Shown here piece by piece: positions 26,311 through 37,639 of a DNA stretch of 64,000 bases (positions within the stretch are counted from its first letter, which is position 1; the number at the start of each line of letters is the position of its first letter). The DNA comes from Octopus bimaculoides (lineage: Eukaryota). Both the position numbers and the translations under genes were made by a program. The notes below the pieces were generated by a model. The model was not told the origin of the DNA, ran no database searches, and saw only the letters and a list, made by a program, of their open reading frames with translations. The stretch covers positions 32,954 to 96,953 of the forward strand of contig NC_068983.1 in NCBI RefSeq assembly GCF_001194135.2, read 5' to 3'.

Positions 26311-27399
26311 GCGCGCGCACCCACGTTCAATGTATCATTTTAGGGAAAGGATCAGAAAAGTTCCTATATTTAGGTGGTGAAGTGGAAGAAAGTCACTCTA
26401 TTTGATATGATAATGTTAATACCTTTCCCAAAGGACAGAGATGAAGTGAATTCGCGTCACCTGGAAATTGAACCCAGCACCGCCATCTCAGTGTTTTCCT
26501 CACATTACCAACAATTCCTTTGCCGAACTTTCGCTATAGTTATCCCTCATAAGTTGGAATTTCTCCATTTTTTTTTTTTTTTTTTTCGGGATCTTTCTGA
26601 TATTTTTTCTTTTGTATCCCACATTTCAAAACAATTGGAGGAAGCCTTAAAAAAATATATTTTAAAATTCTTGTTTTTCTAACGTTTCTTCTAACCCTCC
26701 CCAGCAACCACCGCTTATATATATATAGAGAGAGAGATAAGGAGATTTTATATATATATAGAGAGAGAGATAAGGAGATTTTATTCTCAAATGCAAGATA
26801 ATGAAATATTTTAATTCGTATTTAAATTTTTATTTCTTTTAATCCATGTTTTCCCAAATCTCTGAATTCCATCCTCACGACCCTTCCAAAATTACTATTC
26901 CATTGTTGTTGAAGAAAAAAAAAGAAGGAAATACAAAAATTTTATTTTCCCCTTTTTCACACTTTTGCCATTCTATAAAAGCTTTTTTTTTTTCTATTCG
27001 ACATGGAAGTTAAGTGAATTAAGAAACAAGAATTTATTAAGACTCGCCTGGTTTCATCATTGTTTGAGTTGATTACCAAGTTAAACAACTTTTTTCCTAT
27101 TAAGGATATTTCATTTCATAGACAAGAACTGAAGCTGAAGAACCGGTTCCAAGAGTGACTTGTTCCTGTTTTCTGCAGTCAATATACAGGTGTGTCCAAC
27201 GAAATTATACTTATGATAAATGAACTGATGGTCTTCATTAATCTTTCTCTTTCAACACCCACCCCCCGTTCTATCTCTGTGTGTCACAGAATCACAGTAT
27301 CGACCTGATGCTGCTATAATCCGCTAGTCTCAATGTGCTTCTAATTCAGTCTTGATCAAACCACTCTTTGCCATCTTGACCCAAATTGCTTAACCAAAT

Positions 27400-27590
27400 C
27401 GTGGAAGCCTTTCCAAAGGGGCCTTTTCCGATCTTTCGGATGCCACTCGGCAACTGCACGGGTCCACCTGTTGTCTGTGGACGTTGCAACACGTCCAGCC
27501 CAGTGATCGCTGAGTGCCTCCAGCACTCAGCGGCCACACTGCTCACTCAACCCTGTTCTCGAATAATCCTATACGTGCTTCGAGAACGTA
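27400..27590. other. Cluster of perfect short hairpins (candidate structured RNA), unidentified
   Basis: Stems 27427-27440, 27441-27452, 27478-27497, 27508-27532 and 27555-27587 checked by hand. Confidence 0.45.
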
Positions 27591-27678
27591 TGCATGAACA
27601 GATATGTGTTTGTGTTTGCGCGCTGTAACTATAACGATAGAGTATATGGAGACTGGTACATCTTCCAAATATATTTCC

Positions 27679-28391
27679 GGATCTTTGTGATTTGACGGGC
27701 AACATTTATATACTTGTATATTTTGTGGTATAGAACAGATAAAAAAATTTTGTATTCGAATTTATTTCATGTAAAAAGTTGTCGTATTTCGGTAATTTCA
27801 ACCAATCACTGACGTCTATTGAGGTGAAAACAATTAATGGCGTGGAATGTAAACAACGGTGTTACGGGATCTTTTCCCTTGAATAAAATTAGTCCCGTTG
27901 TTTGTCAACAAAAATTATCCGTGTCACTGTTATTTATGACATCGTTCGTGCGTTTGTACTGGTTTTAGCTTTAGGGTTTTAGGGTTCGGGTTTTAGAGTT
28001 AGGGTTAGTTTTAGGATTACGGTTAGGGTTATGATTATTTTTGCCATAACCTTAACTCTAACCCTATAACTCATAACCCCAACCCTAACCCTAAGACCCG
28101 AACCCTAACTCTAAAACCCTAAACCCTTACTAGGGAATAATGATATAATTAAACAGGGAATAACACACTTGACACCGAACAGCACTAACTGTATTCAGCT
28201 GAATAGACGTCAGTGATTGATTGAAGTTACAGAAATACGACAACTTTAACATGAAATAACTTGCGATGTACAATTTTTTGTTAAGGAGGTTAAGAGAAGA
28301 AGTTGTTTTATATGACACATTCTACCAGTGTCCCAAATTTGAAAGTGTTTCGTTAAGAAAACAAGTGTTGCCCGTCAAATCACAAAGATCC
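27679..28391. mobile_element. Foldback MITE (Mutator-like?) with inverted telomere-like arrays
   Basis: 26-bp perfect TIR GGATCTTTGTGATTTGACGGGCAACA plus longer imperfect arms; 8-bp TSD ATATTTCC at 27671-27678 and 28392-28399; TTAGGG-like 27961-28031 and CCCTAA-like 28046-28128. Confidence 0.88.
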
Positions 28392-28790
28392 ATATTTCCT
28401 TTTATTTTACAATGTCACACAGGATATTTTTATGGTTACGACGACCTACACGGGTTTCCACTGCACAAAGTACGAGCAGTTGCATTATCTACTGTGCAGC
28501 TTCATTCAGGGTCTTTCAACTAGCTTGGCTCGAATCGAACTCGAATAGCCATCGGAGAAACAACGTGAACGACAACTTCTAGTAGTCGTAGACGTTAAAT
28601 ACTAATCCATACAGTGAGTTTGGAAGCGCATATAACTCCGTGAAGGTGTCGCAAATTTTCAATTTTCATCAGAAGAATAAAAATGAAAAAAAAAAAGAAA
28701 GAAAGAAACATGGAAAACGAATCCCGAAGGTCTCGAAGGTGCCATGCGCAGGAGCTGGTCTGAATGCCGCCCGAACGCCGGCTTCAAGGC

Positions 28791-28828
<38 letters not shown>

Positions 28829-29289
28829 NNNNNNNNNNNNNNNNNNNNNNNNNNNNNNNNNNNNNNNNNNNNNNNNNNNNNNNNNNNNNNNNNNNNNNNN
28901 NNNNNNNNNNNNNNNNNNNNNNNNNNNNNNNNNNNNNNNNNNNNNNNNNNNNNNNNNNNNNNNNNNNNNNNNNNNNNNNNNNNNNNNNNNNNNNNNNNNN
29001 NNNNNNNNNNNNNNNNNNNNNNNNNNNNNNNNNNNNNNNNNNNNNNNNNNNNNNNNNNNNNNNNNNNNNNNNNNNNNNNNNNNNNNNNNNNNNNNNNNNN
29101 NNNNNNNNNNNNNNNNNNNNNNNNNNNNNNNNNNNNNNNNNNNNNNNNNNNNNNNNNNNNNNNNNNNNNNNNNNNNNNNNNNNNNNNNNNNNNNNNNNNN
29201 NNNNNNNNNNNNNNNNNNNNNNNNNNNNNNNNNNNNNNNNNNNNNNNNNNNNNNNNNNNNNNNNNNNNNNNNNNNNNNNNNNNNNNNNN

Positions 29290-29619
29290 AATAACACACA
29301 TACACATACATGTATCACTCACATACACACTTTTCTTTGTACGACGGCCTGTCTTTGATTATGTTCTTATATGTCGCATTCACACTCTCACATACACATA
29401 CATCTTTAACGCCATAATAAATACCTCTGTTATTCATCTAATACGGTTGTGGTTTTTCATTACTGGTCATCTATGTTATCGTAGTATAACATATTGGTAT
29501 ATCATCTCTGAGATATATAATTTTGTGTCCGACCGTGTGACACGTTTAAATAAAAGGAGTCCTCTGTTTTTCCATTCGTCACCATTTCTCCTTTTTGAGT
29601 TCGCACGGTCGTTCTTACA
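29290..29619 (+). mobile_element. 3' part of an LTR-like element embedded in (TA)n
   Basis: Ends ...GCACGGTCGTTCTTACA then (TA)n. (TA)n also precedes the gap at 28793. Homologous to ~48190-48498. Confidence 0.65.
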
Positions 29620-30298
29620 TATATATATATATATATANNNNNNNNNNNNNNNNNNNNNNNNNNNNNNNNNNNNNNNNNNNNNNNNNNNNNNNNNNNNNNN
29701 NNNNNNNNNNNNNNNNNNNNNNNNNNNNNNNNNNNNNNNNNNNNNNNNNNNNNNNNNNNNNNNNNNNNNNNNNNNNNNNNNNNNNNNNNNNNNNNNNNNN
29801 NNNNNNNNNNNNNNNNNNNNNNNNNNNNNNNNNNNNNNNNNNNNNNNNNNNNNNNNNNNNNNNNNNNNNNNNNNNNNNNNNNNNNNNNNNNNNNNNNNNN
29901 NNNNNNNNNNNNNNNNNNNNNNNNNNNNNNNNNNNNNNNNNNNNNNNNNNNNNNNNNNNNNNNNNNNNNNNNNNNNNNNATATATATACATTTTTTAAAT
30001 AATTCTTTCTACTTATTTCAGTTGACTGCAGCCATGCTAGATTTTAGTCGGACAAATCGACCCCCACCACTTATTTCTTAAGCCTAGAACTTATCTTATC
30101 AGTTCCTTTTGCCGGGGACGTAAACATACTAACACTGGTTGTCAAACGTTGATGCAGGAACAAAGAGATTCAGTGACACGCACGCACGTATACACACACA
30201 CACATTTTATGTATGTCTACATACATGTGTGTGTATGTATATACATATGTTTATTATATATATACGAGTAAATAGATGAAGAGAAGGAGCGCGAGTAA

Positions 30299-30524
30299 CT
30301 AGACTATCCGTGACCCGTTGGGTCATCAATACTTCGAGGTACCCGAAAAACCTAGTATCTCGGAAATCCGTGGTCCGATTTACGCGAATCTTGTCTTCGT
30401 TTGTATTCCCATTTCAGGGACACCTAACTTTCAGAGTATTTTCCCATTATGCGCCGGCTTGGCTGTATTAAATTACAGACAAGATCTCACGCAAGCAAGC
30501 AAGTTTTAGTAGTATATCGATAGA
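30299..30524 (-). mobile_element. Mini non-autonomous Helitron (226 bp)
   Basis: Minus strand reads A|TCTATCGATATACTACTAAAA ... TGACCC-AAC-GGGTCA hairpin ... GTCTAG|T, i.e. TC/CTAG ends at an AT site. Confidence 0.7.
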
Positions 30525-31063
30525 TTGACTCAGCTCCCCATGTTACTTAAAGTTTCGAGGACATGAAAACATGTACCCCTCCCCCTCCAGCATTCGGAGG
30601 CAAACTTATCTATCTATCCATCCATCCATCCATCTATCTATCTATCTATCTATCATAATTTACTAACTTGACACCCCCTTCTTCTAAAATCCTTACGCCT
30701 TACCTCCTCCCTTATTGATACTGTTTCTTACCTCCTCCCCACTCGACATTGAACTCATTGCCCAATTCTTCAGATCTAAACCTTTCTTACATTCCTTTCT
30801 TGCTTCCGTCATTCCTTTTAACCATGATACCTGTCTCTAACCAGCCTGAACCCAGCCGCCAGTAGGGTCAGGTAAAAACTTTAGTTGAAGGTTTACAAGG
30901 AGAAAAAGATCTATCAAGCAGAGAAACACAAGAAAATTGAGGCTGAGCAGTGGCGCCGCCAGAGTGTGAGCCGCCCGAGGCAGCCGTTCAGTTTGCCTTC
31001 TTCTTGTCTCCTTGACAGGCTCGTATGGCAAAAAGTGTCACCCTCATAAAAAACATCATCATT

Positions 31064-31230
31064 ACAGAAATACGACAACTTTAACATGAAATAACTTATT
31101 AAGAAGTAATTTTTGTTAAGAAGGCTAAGAGAAAAAGATGTTTTATATGACACATTCTACCAGTGTTCCAAGTTTCAAAGTGTTTCGTTAAGAAAACAAG
31201 TGTTGGCCGTCAAACCATAAAGATCCGAAA
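31064..31230. mobile_element. Right arm of the 27679-28391 MITE family
   Basis: Near-identical to 28228-28391, ends CCATAAAGATCC. A left-arm fragment is also at 40105-40131. Confidence 0.8.
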
Positions 31231-31234
31231 ATTG

Positions 31235-33240
31235 GTCGATGATCGAGTTTGTAGTTACTGATCTGCCCTGAGTGTATCCTTGAATGGTTGGTTGGTCCGG
31301 TATCGTCGTTAGGAGTTCATCCAGTGCTTTTTTTTTTAAGTTTCGGTAGAGGTCCCTTTATATTTCTAATCTCTTTGGGTAAGCAGTTGAATACTTGAGG
31401 CCCTCTGAATACTTGAGGCCCTCTGAATACTCGACTAATACAGTAAGGTGTTTTTACTCGTGAGTCTGAAGATGGCATATTTGGAAGTTGACAGTCTCTA
31501 CCAGTTCGAGCATTGAAATTCGCTTTAATACCAATGTTTGGAACATGTTCCTCCAAGATCTTCCATGCGTATATTATAGTATATCTCTCTCTCTCTCTCT
31601 CTTCGGCGTTCAAGAGAGTAGAGACACAGAGCTTTCAGGCCTTCCCTGTAATTAAGGCCTTTAACTGAAATTATGTTACTGATGAATGTTCTTTGTAACC
31701 CTTCAATTTCTGCTATGAGACCCGGGTGAATTTGGAGACCAAAACTGTGAGCAGTAACCTAATCTGGCCAGAACTAAGGTTTTCCATAGAGTTAACATAA
31801 CTACCGGTTCTCTTGTCGTGAAGGTTCGTAGGATCCATCCTATGAGATGTCTGCATTTAGAGGTCAGTTTGGTGATGTGACTGATGAAAGGTGCATCATT
31901 TAACATGATTATTCCTAAATCCCGTATGTCGTCAGTGCTCTGGATCTTTGTATTATCTGGCGCCAGATATTAGGATTTGTGTCTATTCCCTCCATAATGA
32001 AGGACCTGACATTTTGATGTATTAAATTTCATATTATTTTTATCCGCCCATTGATAAATGATGTTTTGGTCATTTTGGAGTGTGATGGCATTTTCTGGAG
32101 TTTGGATGGCCATTGATATTTTTGTGTCGTCGGTGTAACTCATTAGGTTGGACGATTGCACTTGTGAGCATATGCTTGATAGGGTTAAGGTAAATAATTA
32201 TGGTCCTAGAACCATACTCTGAGGTATACCACTTATTACGGGTGACTTTGCTGAGAGATAACCTTTCGCAGCAACATATTGATTCCTATCCCGTAGGAAG
32301 TCCAAAGAGCCATTCTCCGAGTTTTCCTCTGATACCGAGATCCCTTATCCTTTGACCGATGATTCCATGATCAATCTTGTCAAACGCTTCAGCAAAATCA
32401 AGGTATATATGCAGCCAGTGTCCGTTCCATTCAGCAGATTATTGAGGACGAGTTATGGTGTTGTAATAGTTGTGTCAGGCAACCTCGTCCAGTTCGAAAA
32501 CTCTGCTGTATGTTATCTAAGTTTGTTCTCCTCGAGATATGCAGCTATTCTTTTTCGGAAAATGCAGTCTACAATTTTAGATGTGTGAGATGTGAGAGAA
32601 ACAGGTCTGTCATTTTTTACTTCGGCTCTGCTACCTCCGTCATCGATGGGTGTTACTGTTGCTTCTTTTAATATTCTGAAAATATGCCAGTTTCAAGCGA
32701 CTTTTGAAATAGGAACTTTAATGGCTTGGTGAGGCTGTTTTTGCATGTTTTCAATAGTGTAGCTGGGAGACCATCTGGTCCTGGTGCTGAATTTGAATCT
32801 AGATCGTTAATAGCTGTAACTATGTCTTCTTCCAAACTATCTAAAATCTCTAGACGTGCCTGTGCAGATGAATATTGGGGATCAAAGAATTCCTTTGGAT
32901 TATTCTCTATTTTGTCAATCATAGGTTGAGAAAAAGCATTGTTGTATTGTTGACTGAAGGGTGCGCATATCCGTGGTGAAGCATCAGTATCTGGTCCATT
33001 AGTGGACCAATCTGATTATGTGTTGATGATTTTTACTTAGCAAAGTGGGAAAAGAGCTTAGGATTGGCTTTTTTAGTTTCCACAGTTCGGTGTTCCTCGA
33101 ATGAAGTTTCTTTTTCATAAGACATTTTAAGATCTACTTCAATTTTCTTTTATTTTCTTACCTTTTTTTCGCAATCTCGTCTGTAGAGAGAGTTAGATTC
33201 TTCAATTGTTTTGTCACTTTGATTCTGTTACGCATTAATA
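31235..33240 (-). mobile_element. CR1-group LINE ORF2 (RT to 3' end), decayed
   Basis: APGPDGLPATLLKTCKNSL; SYTDDTKI; WILRTFTTREP...YCSQFWSP; RYTIIYAWKILE...RGPQVFNCLPKEIRNI; 18-bp tandem duplication near 31389-31425. Confidence 0.85.
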
Positions 33241-33279
33241 TCTGTCTACCCCGAGGAATCAAATATATATATATCACAC

Positions 33280-34240
33280 CGAGATAGCAGATAGCTTCTG
33301 TTATCTAGGTGATCAAGTTAGTAGCGGAGGTTGATGCTCCGAGAGTGTAGCTGTGAGAATAAGAATAGGCTGGGCAAAGTTCAGAGAGCTCCTACTTCTC
33401 CTGGTAACAAAGGGCTTCTCTCTCAGAGTGAAAGGCAGATTGCATGATGCTTGTGTGCAAACAGCTATGCTACACGGCAGTGAAATGGGCTGTGACAGCC
33501 GAGAGCATGCGTAGGCTTGAAAGAAATGAAACCAGTATGCTTCGCTGGATGTGCAATATCAGTGTGCATATACGACTGAGTGTAAGCATCTTGAGAGAAA
33601 AGTTGGGCATAAGAGGCATCAGATTGTGTGCAAAAGAGACGACTGCACTGGTATTGTCATGTGACGCGTACGGACGAGGACAGCTGTTTGATGAAATGCC
33701 GATCTATAACTGTGGAGGGAAGCTGTGGTCGGGGTAGTCCCAGGAAGACATTTGACGAAGTGGTGAAGTATGATCTTCGAACTCTGGGCCTCACGGAGGC
33801 AATGACTAGTGACCGAGACCTTTGACGATATGCTGTGCATGAGAAGACCCGTCAAGCCAAGTGGAATGGTAATCGTGGCCGATGCTTGTGTCACGTAACT
33901 GGCACCCGTGCCGGTGACACGTAAAAAGTACCTTTTGAGCGTTGGGCCTCACGGAGGCAATGACAAATGACCCATATCTTTGGCATTATGCTGTGCTTGA
34001 GAAGAAGACCCATAAAGTGGAATCGTAGCCGTTGCAGATAATTGTGTCACGCAAATAGCACCCGTGCCAGTGGCACGTAAAAGCACCCGTAACACTCTCA
34101 GAGTGGTCGGTGTTAGGAAGAGCATCTAGCCGTAGAAACCTTGCCAGATTAGACTAGAGTCAGCTTGTCGGCCCTAGTCAAACCGTCCGACCCATGCCAG
34201 CATGGACAACGGACGTTAAATGATGATGATAATGATGATG
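33280..34240 (+). mobile_element. RTE-clade LINE, 5'-truncated
   Basis: SFCYLGDQ...RIRIGWAKFRELL...RRLERNETSMLRWMC; 3' UTR ends GGACGTTAAAT(GAT)n. Confidence 0.9.
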
Positions 34241-34649
34241 ACCGTGCTCGTGTCAAGCTAAGTGAGATCGTAGTCGTGGCCAATGCTGATGTCACGTCAA
34301 TGGAACCCGTGCTGGTCAGACAATGATATTAATTCTACCTGCACTACAAAGTTTGAAATTGGCAATCAGACATATTTTCAACAACGGTAAATCAACAAAC
34401 ACATCCTTCTACGACCAATAATTGTAGAGAAATCTTAATGCAAACAGTTTCTGCTCATAAATGTGAAGCAATAAAATGTTCAACAATGCCGAGTATTTAG
34501 TAAGCATTTTTTTCACTTCCAAAATTATTATTCTTGTGCTTGGATGTTAATGCTAATCAAGTGTCTACCCCAGACCGCATTACTCGCATCTCATAACAGT
34601 TCTTTCACATTCCATATAGGACAACAGATTATTATTGTTGTTGTTATTA

Positions 34650-34690
<41 letters not shown>

Positions 34691-35771
34691 TCTTTTGATT
34701 TTGTTTCCATTTATTGCCGAATGTCTTCCCGACACCTAAGGCAAAGTAACTCACTGTATGCATTTGCAGGCCATTAAAGTAAACACACCAGATTGTTCAT
34801 TTACAAAGCCATGTTATCTGACAGAGAAAAAAAAGGAAAAACAAAGAAATAGCAAATAAAAGAAAGAAAAGATGAAAATATATAAAACAAAAGATAAACG
34901 GGTAAAAGAAAAGAAATTTCACAACGATAATACTCTTGATACGTGTGACGTATTAGTTAAAGCAATCTTCTGCACTTCTTGTATGGATGATAAACCAGGA
35001 ATATTTCTCAAATATTTTCCAGTTCCTTTTTTTATTCTTCCTAGTGCTCCTACAATCACTGGTATTGTAACCGCGTTGAGGTGCCACATTTTTTCTATTT
35101 CAATGAGCAAATCTTTAAATTTTCTGAGCTTATCAAATTCTTTTGCCAAAATATGATCTCAAAGTATGCTCGTCTTTCACAACACCACCCAGTTTATTAG
35201 CTTTGATGGTTCTGTCTGTATGTACTGGAAAGTCCCAAAGAATCGTTACATTTTCTCAATTACAGTCTCAGGGTGGTTCTTATACCACTTGTCACCAGTT
35301 TTGATTTTATAATGCCAACGTATTAATCAGTATAGATACTGGCCAACTTTATCGTGTCTTGATTTATACTTAAACTTGGTGCTAAAACTTTACATCCAGA
35401 GATTTGGTGGTCCGCTATTTCAATCTCATCGTTGCAATATCGACACTTTGGATCTACTCCATTTTTCATCACATTGGTTTTGTAGTCCCGGGTCAATAAG
35501 CTGTGATTTTTACACGGCTAAGATGAAGCGTTCATTCTCTGCCTTTAACCTTGAGCTCTGAAGCCATTGATGCCTGTGCTTCTGATCTGCATCAGCTTGT
35601 TTGCTACGAGCGACATATTTACCATGGAGAGGTTTTTCTTCCCACCTATCAGCCAATTGTTCATACGTTTTTTTTTTTTGTTTGCCATTATGTTCACCTT
35701 CTTTGCAACAACAGTTTCTGCATTTCTATCATGCTGTTTAGCCTAGATATTATGCATGAATGCAATAGCGA
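34691..35771 (-). mobile_element. R4/Dong-clade non-LTR element A (zinc knuckle, RLE, 3' UTR)
   Basis: RHDKVGQY, ILWDFP, KFDKLRKFKDLLIEIEKMW...IPVIVGALG; (TAA)n on both sides. Confidence 0.85.
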
Positions 35772-35803
35772 ATTACTACTACTATTATTATTATTATTAT
35801 TAT

Positions 35804-36600
35804 GTTGTTTTTTTTCTTCTTTCTTCAAATTTTCTCCCATTTCTCGCCGAGTGTTTTCCGTACACCTAGGGCAGAGAAACTCGTTGTATGCATTCCCAAT
35901 TTACACACGCAAATTCATAGGTAAAACATGTATTTAAGAAAAAAAAAAATCATGAATGGATGTTGTTTTCACAGCGATAATGCTCTTCTTAGTTCATGAG
36001 TCGTTCCAGTTAGCACGATTTTTTGCACTTCCTGTAGAGATGGTAAGCCTGGTATCATTTTCAAATAGGTTTCAGTACCTTTTTTTATCATTCCTAGAGA
36101 TCCTACAATCACTGGTATGGTAGTCGCTTTGAGGTGCCACATTTTNNNNNNNNNNNNNNNNNNNNNNNNNNNNNNNNNNNNNNNNNNNNNNNNNNNNNNN
36201 NNNNNNNNNNNNNNNNNNNNNNNNNNNNNNNNNNNNNNNNNNNNNNNNNNNNNNNNNNNNNNNNNNNNNNNNNNNNNNNNNNNNNNNNNNNNNNNNNNNN
36301 NNNNNNNNNNNNNNNNNNNNNNNNNNNNNNNNNNNNNNNNNNNNNNNNNAAATACTGGCCAACTCTGTCATGTCTTGCTTTATATTCTACAGGTGCTAAC
36401 ACTCTACACCCTGAGATTAGGTGGTCTATAGTTTCAATCGCATCGTTACAAAATCGGCATTTTGGGTCAGCTCCATTTTTTATCACATTGGTTTGGTAGT
36501 TCCGGGTTAATAAGCTTTGGTCTTGAGCAGCCAATATGAAACCTTCACTCTCTGCTTTTAGCCCTGAACTTCGTAACCACTGATGCGTGCGTTTCTGGTC
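35804..36600 (-). mobile_element. R4/Dong-clade element B (gapped)
   Basis: WLRSSGLKAESEGFILAAQDQSLLTRNY...KCRFCNDAIETIDHLISGC (CCHC); (TAA)n on both sides. Confidence 0.88.
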
Positions 36601-36656
<56 letters not shown>

Positions 36657-36678
36657 CATCATTATTATTATTATTATT

Positions 36679-37085
36679 GTTTGGTAGTCTTATTTTTATC
36701 ACGTGCTTCTCACTGCACTACCGAGCAAAGCTCTGTGTGCCTTGGGTATGTGCTGTGGTTTGTTGTGATGCTCTTATGGTTACTGTATTGAAAGTGTTTT
36801 ACGTAGGAAGTGTGTGGGGCCTAGTAGTACCATTTTCTGTGTGTTATATGCATTCGTAAGTCCCGGTGTTTAGGTTATGTATTTATCTGAATGTGCTTTT
36901 CTTTTTTTTTTTAATCATACCTAATGCACCTATTATTAAAGGGATTGTTTCTATTTTTAGACACCACATTCGAGTTACCTCTATTTCCAGATATTTGTAT
37001 TTTGGGAGTTTTGCCCTTTCTTTTACAGATACATTGTCATCTGTTGGTATTGATACGTAAAAACTAACACTTCTTTCCTCCAAGC
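36679..37085 (-). mobile_element. R4/Dong-clade element C (RLE end plus 3' UTR, different subfamily)
   Basis: VSIPTDDNVSVKERAKLPKYKYLEIEVTRMW...IPLIIGALG; 3' end abuts (TAA)n at 36602-36678. Confidence 0.8.
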
Positions 37086-37089
37086 ATAG

Positions 37090-37475
37090 ATTCGAAACCG
37101 AATCTAAGGATTCTCGCTCGTCTGAACCACCACGGACCGACAGGCGCGAAGAAATTTTCTTTGTCCTTTCACCTCCGACGTCAGCTATGTCAGGCGAAGT
37201 TCAAATGGACAGGAGCTGACCTATTTAGACACAATCTCTCCTGCAGTATGTCTGTCCTTCTAGCTGCCACGGCTGTTATAAATACTGTGGTCAGCAAAGG
37301 GACAAGGCAGAGAGAATCAGAAAGGCTCTGGACGAAAAGACAACTCACGAGATCGCCGATTACTTTCTCGGATGAACGACGCACACACAGACACAAAACA
37401 TATTCCGTTCTAACACATCACATCCAGAGATGTACCTTGTTTTTATTCTTCTCAACTCGTAGCAGTTGGCGACAA
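37090..37475 (+). mobile_element. Possible LTR remnant with PBS
   Basis: CpG-rich; TATAAATA at 37277; ...GTAGCA, then GT, then TGGCGAC (PBS-like) at 37467. No matching second LTR. Confidence 0.35.
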
Positions 37476-37639
37476 ATTAAAGGAGCGAAGAATCGTGTAT
37501 ACCCACAGCAAATGCAAGTCCAGTAAATAAATTATTTAAACTATAAATCGATGTCATTCACTTATTCACTTCGAAGGCATCCACATGTCTATCACATCTG
37601 TTTACCCCAACACATTTTGATACACCTTTAACCACTACA

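Noticed and set aside
26691-26698. CTAACCCT as a telomerase RNA template
   Set aside because: Followed by microsatellites; no pseudoknot, CR4/5 or H/ACA features seen.
27346-27546. Minus-strand ORF with kinase-like IGKGPFGK
   Set aside because: GTG start directly after a TGA, no acceptor tract, a stop ~20 codons later, and no other kinase motifs.
27961-28128. Head-to-head telomere arrays as a chromosome fusion scar
   Set aside because: They are enclosed by TIRs and a TSD with related arms elsewhere, and the orientation is part of a MITE foldback.
34630-37085. Repeat-spacer alternation resembling CRISPR
   Set aside because: The repeats are microsatellites and the spacers are 0.4-1.1 kb retrotransposon ends in eukaryotic DNA.
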